Source of the DNA: Pirellulales bacterium
GTDB taxonomy: Bacteria > Planctomycetota > Planctomycetia > Pirellulales > JBGAPH01
Length of the DNA: 64,000 bases
Assembly: GCA_044221365.1 (NCBI GenBank)
Contig: JBGAPH010000017.1
Span: 31,491 to 95,490, forward strand
Direction: 5' to 3'
Under the pieces are notes generated by a model. It was not told where the DNA came from. It saw only the letters and a list, made by a program, of their open reading frames with translations, and ran no database searches. Position numbers and translations under genes: made by a program. Positions 1 to 9,108 of the stretch are shown here, piece after piece; positions within the stretch are counted from its first letter, which is position 1, and each line of letters opens with the position of its first letter.

Positions 1-1478
1 GCGATCGGCTGGGCAAGAAGCCGCTCGTCTACCGGCACGATCCGGGCCGGCTCGTCTTCGCGAGCGAGCTCAAGAGCCTGCTGCAGATACCGGGGCTGCC
101 GCGTGAAGTCGATCCGGCGGCGCTCGACGCCTATCTCTGCTACCAGTACGTGCCCCACCCGCAGAGCATCTTCCGCGGCTTCGCCAAGCTGCCGCCGGGG
201 CATTTGGCGGTTTGGGAGCGCGATCGGCTCGAGGTCCGCCCTTATTGGCGCCTCGACGCGCGCCGCGAGGATGGCCGCCCGAAAGCCGAAGTGCTGGCCG
301 ATCTGCGCGGGCGGCTCACCGCGGCCGTGCGGTCGCGACTCGAGAGCGACGTGCCGCTCGGAGCGTTTCTCTCCGGCGGCGTCGACTCTTCGCTCGTCGT
401 GGGCCTCATGCAGCGGCTCAGCAGCGAGCCGGTGCGAACTTTCTCGATCGGCTTCGCTGCCCCAGAGTACGACGAGACCGCCTGGGCCCGCCGCGTGGCG
501 CAGCGTCTTGGCACTCGGCACCAGGAGTTCCGCGTGTCGCCGCAGGCGGCCGAGATCCTGCCCCGACTGATCTGGCACTTCGACGAGCCCTTTGCCGACA
601 GCTCGGCGATTCCCACTTGGTATGTTTCGGAGCTCGCCCGGCGCGAGGTGACCGTGGCGCTCACCGGCGACGGCGGCGACGAACTCTTCGCCGGCTACGA
701 GCGCTACAGGGCAGTCAAGTTGGCCGCCAGCGTCGATCGCCTACCGGCCGGCGCCCGCTCGGCCGTGGCCGGCAAGTGGTGGCTGCGTGTGCCGGCGAAC
801 GCTTCACAGCGGTCGCGGCTGCGTCGGTTCAAGCGGTTCGTCGAGGCGGTGCACGAGTCGCCGCTGCGGCGGTACGTCGACTGGATGTCGATCTTCAACG
901 AAAGCCGTCGTGCCGATCTGTACGACGAATCTTTCCTGGCCCGGCTGCCTGACGCCGACCCGAGCGCCTTTGTAGGACAGGCGATGGCCGCGGCGGCGGG
1001 GCGCGACCCGGTGACGGCGGCGAGCCTGGCCGACCTGGTCACCTATCTGCCGTGCGACCTGATGACGAAGGTCGACATCGCCTCGATGGCGCACGGGCTC
1101 GAGTGCCGGCAGCCGTTTCTCGACCATCAGGTGGTCGAATTGGCAGCGGCGATCCCCATGGCCTGGAAGCGGCGCTGGGGGCGCGGCAAGCGGATTCTGG
1201 CCGAGGCCTTTCCCGAGTTGCTGCCTGACTGGCTGGTGCGGCGTAAGAAAATGGGCTTCGGCGTGCCGCTCGAACACTGGTTCCGCCACGAACTTCGGGA
1301 GCTGACCCACGACGTGCTGCTCTCGGAGCGGGCGCTCGGCCGGGGCTACTTCCGGCCCGAGGCGGTGCGACTGCTGGTGAACGAGCATGAGGCGCTGACG
1401 TTCGACCATAGCCACCGGCTGTGGGCGCTGCTGGTGCTCGAGTTGTGGCAGCGGGAGTGGGTGGACCGGGCCGTGTAG
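1..1478 (+). CDS. asnB: Asparagine synthase (glutamine-hydrolysing), synthetase part; 5' end outside the window
   Basis: Frame 3 is open from the window edge (DRLGKKPLVYRH..ASELKSLL..) and runs into ORF 150..1478. It carries the PP-loop FLSGGVDSS, FSIGF..EYDE and an AsnB-type C-terminal block. Confidence 0.85.
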   Translation, partial: DRLGKKPLVYRHDPGRLVFASELKSLLQIPGLPREVDPAALDAYLCYQYVPHPQSIFRGFAKLPPGHLAVWERDRLEVRPYWRLDARREDGRPKAEVLADLRGRLTAAVRSRLESDVPLGAFLSGGVDSSLVVGLMQRLSSEPVRTFSIGFAAPEYDETAWARRVAQRLGTRHQEFRVSPQAAEILPRLIWHFDEPFADSSAIPTWYVSELARREVTVALTGDGGDELFAGYERYRAVKLAASVDRLPAGARSAVAGKWWLRVPANASQRSRLRRFKRFVEAVHESPLRRYVDWMSIFNESRRADLYDESFLARLPDADPSAFVGQAMAAAAGRDPVTAASLADLVTYLPCDLMTKVDIASMAHGLECRQPFLDHQVVELAAAIPMAWKRRWGRGKRILAEAFPELLPDWLVRRKKMGFGVPLEHWFRHELRELTHDVLLSERALGRGYFRPEAVRLLVNEHEALTFDHSHRLWALLVLELWQREWVDRAV

Positions 1479-1534
1479 AATGAACGCTGGGCAGAGCCAA
1501 AAGCCTCAGTCGTTGCCGACTGACGAGCCTCGCC

Positions 1535-1850
1535 ATGACAAGCACTCAACGACGCTTCCGACCTCAGTTTCGGCTGCGCACGTTGCTCTTGCTGCCGATG
1601 CTTGTGCTAGCAGTGGAGCGGGCCAGCGCCGCCGTACGGGAGCCTTGTGGCGGGCCTTGCCCATCCAGACAAAAACGTCCGTTCCGGCTCGGCACGCCTG
1701 CTCAAATTCCTCTACCGCGATGGCCCTAGTCGTTGGCCGGATCCGTGGGATGACCAGCTCTGGCTGCTTTACGAGAACGGCGTGGGTTCGTTCGAGCGCA
1801 CAGAATCTAAACGACTTCTGGCGAAGCCTCCCGGTAAGCTGGGGCCCTGA
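1535..1850 (+). pseudogene. Possible frameshifted small membrane-anchored protein (two abutting ORFs in frames 2 and 3)
   Basis: ORF 1535..1729 starts MTSTQRRFRPQFRLRTLLLLPMLVLAV, a typical planctomycete anchor, then turns into Pro/Arg-rich sequence. Frame 3 from about 1612 reads a protein-like ..GLAHPDKNVRSGSARLLKFLYRDG..LWLLYENG.. through to the stop at 1850. Confidence 0.25.
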
Positions 1851-1898
1851 CTGGACGTTCGGCTTCAGTTCTCCCGGCTGCGGGCCAATCGTCGGCGA

Positions 1899-1936
1899 CA
1901 AAAAAAGCCGCCCGCTGCGGTGCAGCAGCGGGCGGC
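1899..1936 (-). terminator. Rho-independent terminator downstream of the first LamG/PEP-CTERM gene
   Basis: On the minus strand, an 11-bp perfect stem (GCCGCCCGCTG / CAGCGGGCGGC) is followed directly by a T run (plus-strand A run at 1899-1906). Confidence 0.7.
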
Positions 1937-1987
1937 TCAATTTACAACTCATGCGGCTCGCCTAAGCCAGCCGCTCTCTTGCGAAGG

Positions 1988-3346
1988 CTAGCTGCGCCGA
2001 CGGCGCAGCCCGGCCCGCAGGGCCAGCCCTGCCAAACCGAGTCCGGCCAGCGCCAAGGTCGAGGGCTCGGGGACGGCGGCGCCCCCCGACTTGCCGAAGT
2101 TCTCCTTCAGGATGCCGAAGTCGGAGAGGTCGACCTTGCCGTTGCCGTCGATGTCGCCGGGGATGCCGGAAACTCCCACGGCGTTGCCGGTGAAGGTCGC
2201 CTCGGCGAAGGTCGAGCCACCCAGCACCGTCTCGGTGGAGTACAAGCGATAGGTGTGCGTCTGGCCAGGGCCCACGTAAACACCCAGGCTAGGACTGGCC
2301 GTCTTGTCGCCCAATTGGGTGGTGCCGGCCGGACCGAACGGGGGCGAGTAGGCGTTCGAGCCCAAGCGCACCTCGTATTCCAACTTGTTGCCTCCGCCCA
2401 GGTCGCGCGAATACACCTCGCGCAGATCCCAGCTCGGATCGTAACCGGCGATCGGATCACCCGTCTTCGGGTCCGACACGTAGGCGGCGCCATGCACCAG
2501 GTTGTCAGCGGTCATCGAAAGATGAGCCACCGGCGTACCTGGGGTGAACGTCGTCACGGTGGGCAGGCCCGGATCGAGCCCGCGAACGCCCTTGTCGTAC
2601 AACGTCTGGACCTGGGTGTCGGTGAGGGCCTCGTCCCAGATGGCGAAATCGTCGTAGTCGCCCTTCGAGGCGCCGGTGGCGTTGGCGCCGCTGCCGAGCC
2701 AGAGGCCGCCGCGGGGCGCGACCAGGGGAGCGGTCGAGACCCCGGCGTCCGCCTCGAACAGCAAAGAGCCGTTGACGTAGACGCGCTTGTCGTCGCCGTC
2801 CTTGATGAACGTCCACTGGTTCCATGCGCCCGACCACAGACTGGGGTCGTCGACGGCCGCATTCACGCGGGTGTCGGGGTCGCAGCAGCCTCCGGTGTCG
2901 AAGTAGACGTTGCTGTTGCTCCAAGGCACGTGTGCCTGGAAGGAGCGGTTTGGCTCGGCCCAGAAGGCCGACTGGTTGCGCGGCTGATCGTCGGAGCCGT
3001 ACTGCCAGAACGAGATCGTCAACTTGTTGTTGGTTGCGATCGAGTCAAATGCACCGCTCAGCGCCGAAATGACCTCCACGGCGCCGCCATCGGCGCCATC
3101 GAGCGTGAGGGCCATGTCGCCCGCTTTGCCGGTGTGACCGCCGGCGTCGGCCGTGTAGACCGCGGTCCCTTCGATCTTGCCATGGTGACTGCCGCCGCTC
3201 TGGTCCAGAGCAATGGAGGCGTCGGGGCCGTTGACCGTGTTGAAATCCCAGTAACCCAACAGCTCGGCAAACGCCGGCTGCGTCAGCGCGCTCAGGCCCG
3301 CGACAGCCACAACGGCCGCGGCCCAGCGCTTCAATGACAAACTCAT
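1988..3346 (-). CDS. Secreted LamG/ConA-like domain protein with dockerin-like loop and PEP-CTERM anchor
   Basis: ATG at 3346 is preceded by GAGAGGTG. Signal peptide MSLSLKRWAAAVVAVAGLSALTQPAFA, then LLGYWDFN.. LamG-like block. C-terminus is GDIDGNGKVDLSDFGILKENFGKSG + VPEPSTLALAGLGLAGLALRAGLRRRRS. Confidence 0.85.
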   Translation of the reverse strand: MSLSLKRWAAAVVAVAGLSALTQPAFAELLGYWDFNTVNGPDASIALDQSGGSHHGKIEGTAVYTADAGGHTGKAGDMALTLDGADGGAVEVISALSGAFDSIATNNKLTISFWQYGSDDQPRNQSAFWAEPNRSFQAHVPWSNSNVYFDTGGCCDPDTRVNAAVDDPSLWSGAWNQWTFIKDGDDKRVYVNGSLLFEADAGVSTAPLVAPRGGLWLGSGANATGASKGDYDDFAIWDEALTDTQVQTLYDKGVRGLDPGLPTVTTFTPGTPVAHLSMTADNLVHGAAYVSDPKTGDPIAGYDPSWDLREVYSRDLGGGNKLEYEVRLGSNAYSPPFGPAGTTQLGDKTASPSLGVYVGPGQTHTYRLYSTETVLGGSTFAEATFTGNAVGVSGIPGDIDGNGKVDLSDFGILKENFGKSGGAAVPEPSTLALAGLGLAGLALRAGLRRRRS

Positions 3347-3631
3347 CGTTGGCACCTCTCGAGGAAACGGAAACGCGAATGGGGAAACGCATCTCTCTGT
3401 TCAGGGGACCAACTTCTCCGTTCACACCGGACGAATCCCACGGCGCAGGGGACTCGAGCGCGGGCTCGCCTTGCCAGGAGCGAGACTCGGGTGAGGTTTC
3501 TCCAGGGCTGCTGGGGCGCCAAGCCGTGGGCCTTTTGCTGCGTTCCGGCGCAGTTCGGCCCAGCGGAAGCTTGGAAGGTAGGGGTGTGCTAAACCGTCAC
3601 AGCCTGGCGGCCGGAGCGGCTTGTGGCGGAT

Positions 3632-3660
3632 AGTCTAGCTAGCCTATGCGGATAATGCAA
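3632..3660 (-). promoter_or_regulatory. Candidate sigma-70 promoter for gene 1988..3346 inside a short AT-rich island
   Basis: The minus strand reads TTGCAT, a 17-nt spacer, then TAGACT. This sits in the only AT-rich stretch of this spacer and would give a roughly 280-nt leader. Confidence 0.3.
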
Positions 3661-3720
3661 AATAAAACCATAGCGTAGTAACTAATTTTCCCTCTCGGAA
3701 AGCCCAGAATCATTCGCTAG

Positions 3721-3766
3721 CAAACGAAAGGCCCTCCGCAATCCCGGAGTGAGACTGCGGAGGGCC
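3721..3766 (-). terminator. Terminator hairpin after gene 3804..5753
   Basis: An 11-bp stem (GGCCCTCCGCA / TGCGGAGGGCC, 3730-3766) is followed on the minus strand by TTTCGTTTG. Confidence 0.6.
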
Positions 3767-3803
3767 AGAAATCGGCCGATTCCCTGAGAGGGAACGGCGA
3801 TCC

Positions 3804-5753
3804 TTAAGCCGTGCGACGGCGCTTGAGCGATCGGGCGACCAGGCCCGCCACCCCCAGCAGGGCCAACAGCCCCGTCGAGGGCTCCGGCACGGCCGCCGCC
3901 CCCGACTTGCCAAAGTTCGCCTTGAGGATGCCGAAGTCGGACAGGTCGACCTTGTTGTCGCCATTGAGGTCCCCCGGCAGACCGCCCCCGCCGCCGACGC
4001 CCGTCAGCGTGGTGTTGATCACCGTGCTGCCGCCCACCAGTCCTTCGCCGTCGGCCACCGTGAGCCGCAGGTTATAGGTCTGGCCGGCGCCCAAGGTGAA
4101 TCCCAGCGGGACGTTGGCCGCCTGATCGCCGACCGAGGTCAGCCCGGCGGCGCCGAGCGTCAGGTCCTTGGCGATCGTCCCGAGCGGCACCAAGAACTCA
4201 TAAGACACCCCCGGCAGCTTGCTGCGGAAGAAGTCTTCGTCGATGGTGTGGAAGCCGGGGTAGCCCACGCTTTCGCCGTCGGCGTTGTCCTGCTTGGCGC
4301 CCGTGTAGTCCCAGAGCAAGCGGAAGTTGTCGCCGCCGCCCCCCTCCGCGCCGCGGAAATCGATCGGGTACCAGCCCGCGGCGTCGAACGTCAGGCTCCC
4401 CACCCCGCCCCCCACGCCCACCGAGCGGAAGCCGGTGGCCACGTTGTCGTCGATCAGCACTTCGCCGTCGACCGAAAGGTAGGCGTAGTCGTCGTTGTGG
4501 TCGCGGAACGTATAGGTGCCCGCGGCCGGAATGAAGATCTCGCCCGAGAAACGGGCCGAGTAGTTCTCGTGGTTGCCGACCCAGCCGGTCGCCGCCGGAT
4601 ACTCCGGCGTCAGGTTGCCATTCGGATCGGTCTTGTTGTTGCCATAGGAGACCGTCGGCACACGAAAGGCCGGGTAGTCGGGAAACGACGCGGCGTCGGT
4701 GTAGTGTCCCGGCGACGGGGTCGCCGAGCTCCAAACCGCCGACGTATTCCAGTTCGGACCGTTGAACCACTCCACCGCCAGACCAGGCTGGTAGGCCGTG
4801 TCGGGGGCAACGAGCGTCTGCGACACAACCTGGCTGACCGACCACTCAGCGTCGTGAGCGACTGCGGCCCCGGTGCCGGCGTCGGCCACGTAGGCAGCGC
4901 CGACCAAGGCATTGTTGGCGCCGAGAGCCAAGCGGCCCGCCGGCACAGGGGGCGTGTAGGTGGTGACCGTAGGCAGTCCGGCCTCCACCGAGCGCACCCC
5001 TTGCGTGTACAGACTGTCGATCTGCGTCGGCGTCAGGGCTTCGTCCCAGATGGCGAAGTCGTCGAATTCGCCCTTCGAGAAGTTGCCGCCGTTGCCCGAG
5101 CCGAGCCAGAGCCCGGTGAGCGGGCCGTTGAGCGGCGCGGTCGACTCCTCGCTGGAGAGCAGTTCGGCGCCGTTGACGTAAACCGCCTTGTGGTCGCCGT
5201 TCTTGACGAACACCCAATGGCTCCAGCCGCCGGACAAGGTCGACGCGTCAGCCGGCCCGGAGAGCCGGTCCTTGGCGTCGCAGTTGCAGCCTCCGGTGTC
5301 GAAGTAGACGTTGCCGTCTCCCCACGGGGCGTGAGCCTGGAACGAGCGGTCGGGCTCGGCCCAGAACGTCGATTGGCTGAGCGGCTGGTCATCGGAACCG
5401 TAGAACCAGTAGCTCACGGTGAGCTGGTTCTTCTCGGGAATCGAGTCGAACGCGCCAAACGTGGAGCTTTGCAGGAACACCGAATCGTTCGAGCCGTCGA
5501 ACGTGAGGGCGTGATCGCCGGCCTTGCCGGTGTAGCCCCCTTTGTCGGCGGTGTAGGCAGCGCCGCCTTGGATCGTGCCGTGGTTGGCGTTGCCGCTCTG
5601 ATCCAAGGTCAGAGACGGATAGACCGTGTTGGCCGTGTTGAAATCCCAGTAGCCGAGCAGATCGGCCAGCGCGGGCCGGCCGGCGCCGGACAGACCGGCG
5701 GTCAGCAGCGCGACCGCGGCCAAGTGCCTCGAGCGCTTCGTCATGGGTGACAC
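3804..5753 (-). CDS. Secreted LamG + PA14-like domain protein with dockerin-like loop and PEP-CTERM anchor
   Basis: Signal peptide, then LLGYWDFN LamG block. PA14-like segment YSARFSGEIFIPAAGTYTFRDHNDDYAYLSVDGEVLIDDN. C-terminus is [53 protein letters not shown]. Confidence 0.85.
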   Translation of the reverse strand: MSPMTKRSRHLAAVALLTAGLSGAGRPALADLLGYWDFNTANTVYPSLTLDQSGNANHGTIQGGAAYTADKGGYTGKAGDHALTFDGSNDSVFLQSSTFGAFDSIPEKNQLTVSYWFYGSDDQPLSQSTFWAEPDRSFQAHAPWGDGNVYFDTGGCNCDAKDRLSGPADASTLSGGWSHWVFVKNGDHKAVYVNGAELLSSEESTAPLNGPLTGLWLGSGNGGNFSKGEFDDFAIWDEALTPTQIDSLYTQGVRSVEAGLPTVTTYTPPVPAGRLALGANNALVGAAYVADAGTGAAVAHDAEWSVSQVVSQTLVAPDTAYQPGLAVEWFNGPNWNTSAVWSSATPSPGHYTDAASFPDYPAFRVPTVSYGNNKTDPNGNLTPEYPAATGWVGNHENYSARFSGEIFIPAAGTYTFRDHNDDYAYLSVDGEVLIDDNVATGFRSVGVGGGVGSLTFDAAGWYPIDFRGAEGGGGDNFRLLWDYTGAKQDNADGESVGYPGFHTIDEDFFRSKLPGVSYEFLVPLGTIAKDLTLGAAGLTSVGDQAANVPLGFTLGAGQTYNLRLTVADGEGLVGGSTVINTTLTGVGGGGGLPGDLNGDNKVDLSDFGILKANFGKSGAAAVPEPSTGLLALLGVAGLVARSLKRRRTA

Positions 5754-5917
5754 CTCAAAATGAAAGGGAATGCGATCATTGAACGGAGATCATCGACGCG
5801 CTTCCGTCCCGCGGGACGCTTTGCCGGCGCTGTACGGCGCTTGGGTCGCCAGACCCTCGTCGATGGGAGTTGTTTCTGAGGGCGCGCGCTCCCCTGGGGA
5901 GTGCGGCGTGGAGTTGA

Positions 5918-7903
5918 CTACGCGGTCTGTCTGCGGCGCGCCGCCGCCAGGGCAGCGAAGCCAAGCCCGGCCAGCAGCCAGCTCGCAGGCTCCGGCACAG
6001 CGACGCTCGCGCCGCTCTTGCCGAAGTTGTCCTTCAAGATGCCGAAGTCCGTGAGGTCGACCTTGTTGTCGCAGTTCACGTCGCCGGCTAGCGTGCAGCC
6101 GCCCGTCGCTTGACCCGTGAACGTGGCCTGCACCGACGTCGGCGTCGGCAGCAGACCTTGCGGGTCGTTGATCGTGAGCTTGAGCGTGTAGGTCTCTCCC
6201 GCGGGCACCGTAAAGCCAATCGGCACGGTCTTCGCGGCGTCGCCCACCGAGGCCACGCCGGCGACCCCCAGGGCGTAGTCCCCCGCCACGCTCCCTAGTG
6301 GAATCTCCGTGGAGTACGTCACGCCGGGCAGCTTGCTGCGGAAGAAGTCGGCGTCGACCGTATGGAAGCCCGGCCAGCCGAGGCTCTCCTGATCGGGGTC
6401 GTTCTGGTTCGCGCCGGTGTAGTCCCACAGCAACCGAGCGCTGTCGGTCACGGCCCACTGGGCATGCCGGAACTCGATCGAGTACCAGTGCCCCTTCATG
6501 CCGAGATAAGTTTCATCCGTCAGGGTGAAATCCTTCGTGGCGGCGCCGCCGCCGGGCGTCGTTTCGTCGAGGGTGCCGTCCCAGTGGACCCAGTCGGCGT
6601 CCTCAATGAGCGTTTCTCCGTCGATCGTGAGGCTCGCGTAGTCCTCGTTGTGATCCCGGAAGGTCCAGGTGCCGGCCGGCACGAAGATCTCGCCCGAGTA
6701 GCGGCTCGAGTAGTTCTCGTAGTTGCCAACCGGGAAGCTCGAACCGGGGGCATGCGGATACTCGGGCGCGGGATTCCCGTCAGGGTCCTCCTTGCTGTAG
6801 CCGAACGAGATCGTCGGCACGCGAAAGTTGTAGAAGTCGGGCACGTTGGCCACGCTGTTGTAAACACCGGGAGTGGGGGCGTTGGCAGCCCAAGCGGCCG
6901 AGTCGGTCCAGGCCGGATCATTCCAGAACTCCACGGCCAGACCGGGCTGGTAGGCCGTGTCGGCCGGAATCAGCGTGGTGCTGGTCACTCGGCTCAGCGA
7001 CCAGGTGGCGTCGGCGCCCGGAATCGGCGTTGTCGTGCCGGCGGTCGCCAAGTAGGCGGCCCCGACGACTTGGTTGCCCGCGCCCAGTTCGAGCTTGCCG
7101 ACGGGGGTCGGCGGAGCGTAGGTGGTCACCGTGGGGAGCCCGGCCTCGAGACCGCGCACGCCCTTGGTGAACAACGTGTCGACCGCCGCGGCGTCGAGCG
7201 CTTCGTCCCAGATGGCGAAGTCGTCGAACTCCCCCTTGGAGAAGTTGTCGCCGGCGCCCGAGCCCAGCCAGAGCCCGGTCAAGGGGCCGGCCATGGGGGC
7301 CGTCTGGCCGGTGGCCGAAAGGAACTCCTCGCCGTTGACGTAGACGTACTTGTCCTCACCGTCCTTGACGAACACCCAGTTGTTCCAGCCGTCCTTGTAG
7401 GTCGCGGCGTCGGCCGCGCCGTTGAGCCGGGTGTCTCCGCCGCAGCAACCTCCAGTGTCGAAGTAGACGCTGGAATCGCTCCAAGGCACGTGCGCCTGGA
7501 ACGAGCGGTTGGGCTCGGCCCAGAAGGCGGATTGCGCCCGGGGCTGGTCGTCGGAGCCGTACATCCAGAAGGAGACGGTGAGCTTCTGGTTCTCGACGAT
7601 CGAGTCGAAGGCGCCGTAGGTCGAGCTTTGCAGGAAGACATCGTCCCCTGCGCCGTCGAGCAGCAGCGCCTTGTCGCCGGCCTTGCCGGTGTGTCCGCCG
7701 GCGTCGGCGGTGTAGGTTGCATCCCCCTTCAGCCCGCCGTGGTTGGCGTTTCCGCTCTGATCGAGCGTGAGCGAAGGCGCCGCCGCATTCGGCGTGTTGA
7801 AGTCCCAGAAACCCAGCAAATCGGCCAGCGCCAGGCTTGCTCCGCCCCATAGGCAGACCCCCAGCGCGGCGATTGCAGAGAATCGCCTGAAGCGCATCGT
7901 CAT
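5918..7903 (-). CDS. Secreted LamG + PA14-like domain protein with dockerin-like loop and PEP-CTERM anchor (third paralog)
   Basis: Start is taken at MTMRFRRFSAIAALGVCLW.., an ATG after AAGAGGTG; the track ORF extends to 7966. It has the LLGFWDFN block, YSSRYSGEIFVPAGTWTFRDHNEDYASLTIDGETLIED, and GDVNCDNKVDLTDFGILKDNFGKSG..VPEPASWLLAGLGFAALAAARRRQTA. Confidence 0.85.
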   Translation of the reverse strand: MTMRFRRFSAIAALGVCLWGGASLALADLLGFWDFNTPNAAAPSLTLDQSGNANHGGLKGDATYTADAGGHTGKAGDKALLLDGAGDDVFLQSSTYGAFDSIVENQKLTVSFWMYGSDDQPRAQSAFWAEPNRSFQAHVPWSDSSVYFDTGGCCGGDTRLNGAADAATYKDGWNNWVFVKDGEDKYVYVNGEEFLSATGQTAPMAGPLTGLWLGSGAGDNFSKGEFDDFAIWDEALDAAAVDTLFTKGVRGLEAGLPTVTTYAPPTPVGKLELGAGNQVVGAAYLATAGTTTPIPGADATWSLSRVTSTTLIPADTAYQPGLAVEFWNDPAWTDSAAWAANAPTPGVYNSVANVPDFYNFRVPTISFGYSKEDPDGNPAPEYPHAPGSSFPVGNYENYSSRYSGEIFVPAGTWTFRDHNEDYASLTIDGETLIEDADWVHWDGTLDETTPGGGAATKDFTLTDETYLGMKGHWYSIEFRHAQWAVTDSARLLWDYTGANQNDPDQESLGWPGFHTVDADFFRSKLPGVTYSTEIPLGSVAGDYALGVAGVASVGDAAKTVPIGFTVPAGETYTLKLTINDPQGLLPTPTSVQATFTGQATGGCTLAGDVNCDNKVDLTDFGILKDNFGKSGASVAVPEPASWLLAGLGFAALAAARRRQTA

Positions 7904-7977
7904 TGGTGACACCTCTTGTGAGAAATGGAGGCGCGACTCTTGATAGAACCGCGCCACGAGAAACAAACGCTGCGGAG

Positions 7978-7996
7978 GCCCGCTTCATGAGCGGGC
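7978..7996 (-). terminator. Hairpin downstream of the DUF1559 pair (weak terminator candidate)
   Basis: GCCCGCT TCAT GAGCGGGC. On the minus strand a TTTGTTTCT tract follows only after about 10 nt. Confidence 0.35.
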
Positions 7997-8078
7997 GCCG
8001 CAGGCCAGGCGCCGCCACAGCGCCACGGCTAGTCGATTCGAAACTCCTTGTTCAGGACCCAGGAATGGATGATTGCCG

Positions 8079-9104
8079 CTAGAGACTGCTCAAATCGACC
8101 GCCTCGCCATCTTCACGATTGCCCAGGCGGCGATGAAGTTGTTTGTCGACCGCGTAGCTCACGCTTCGCACCGAGCCGTCGCAGAACACCATGTTGAACG
8201 CAGCGCTATGCGCGCTGCCGAACGGATAAGGGTTCATGTTGCCGGGTTGGTCTTGAAGCGGGGCGTACTTGTCGATCAGTGAAGTACTGGTTCTGGTCGA
8301 GCGGTGATTATCGTTGTTATAGCCCGAGTACATGCTCTCGTTGTCCGCACCGTCGGAGCCATCTTCGTACGAATCCGGGTTGAGGTACTTTTCGCCGATC
8401 ATGTAGGTGTTGCTGGCCCCGTCCAAGACGTCTCCGACGCGAATCTGGCTCCGCAAGTAGCAAATGCCGGTCGCTGCCTTGCTGACGTCCGGCCAGGTTC
8501 CGGAAGCCGCCATCTGGTCTCCCTGTCCGAGCGTCTCGGGGCCATCGAGGTCCCAGTTCGTCTCCGGATCGCCGCAGTTCGCCGCGTAGTCGGTGCGGGC
8601 TACCCGGCTCACGCGCGAGGTGTTGATAGGCTGCGCGCAGGTGGGACAACTAACATTGACCGCAAAGGGCCGATTCGCCCGCCGTGTGGGGCATTGGTGC
8701 ATGGCCAGCGGCGTTTGAATGCGCTGGGCGCTGGCGTCGGCTTTGGCCTTGCCGGTGAGGCCCTTGCCCAAGTCGTACAGTGCTTGCTGCTCCATGAAGG
8801 GCAGCACCGCGTAGACCCAACCGCCGGGCTGCTTCATTCCGCTCTCGCGGTCGGGGTCGCCCACCCAGCGCCAGCCCCAGCCGCCGGAGGGAAACCGCTG
8901 CATCCGGTCGTGGTGCAGGTGCATCGTCAGCCCCTGCTGCTTCAGATTGTTCACGCACTGGACCCGCCGGGCCGACTCGCGGGCCGCCTGCACCGCCGGC
9001 AACAGCAGCGCGATCAGGATGCCGATGATCGCGATCACCACCAACAACTCGACGAGGGTGAAGCCCCGCCGCCGGAGTTGCCAGATTTTCGCCAAGCCAT
9101 CCAT
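8079..9104 (-). CDS. DUF1559 / prepilin-type N-terminal methylation-motif protein with HX9DG C-terminus
   Basis: [45 protein letters not shown], and a C-terminal [21 protein letters not shown]. The ATG at 9104 lies 4 nt after the upstream stop. Confidence 0.85.
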   Translation of the reverse strand: MDGLAKIWQLRRRGFTLVELLVVIAIIGILIALLLPAVQAARESARRVQCVNNLKQQGLTMHLHHDRMQRFPSGGWGWRWVGDPDRESGMKQPGGWVYAVLPFMEQQALYDLGKGLTGKAKADASAQRIQTPLAMHQCPTRRANRPFAVNVSCPTCAQPINTSRVSRVARTDYAANCGDPETNWDLDGPETLGQGDQMAASGTWPDVSKAATGICYLRSQIRVGDVLDGASNTYMIGEKYLNPDSYEDGSDGADNESMYSGYNNDNHRSTRTSTSLIDKYAPLQDQPGNMNPYPFGSAHSAAFNMVFCDGSVRSVSYAVDKQLHRRLGNREDGEAVDLSSL

Positions 9105-9108
9105 CGTT

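Noticed and set aside
1979-7852. Long plus-strand ORFs (1979..3337, 4248..5750, 6362..7852) opposite the LamG/PEP-CTERM genes
   Set aside because: Their translations are Arg/Gly/Ala/Val-rich with no motifs. They mirror well-supported minus-strand genes and are typical shadow ORFs of high-GC DNA.
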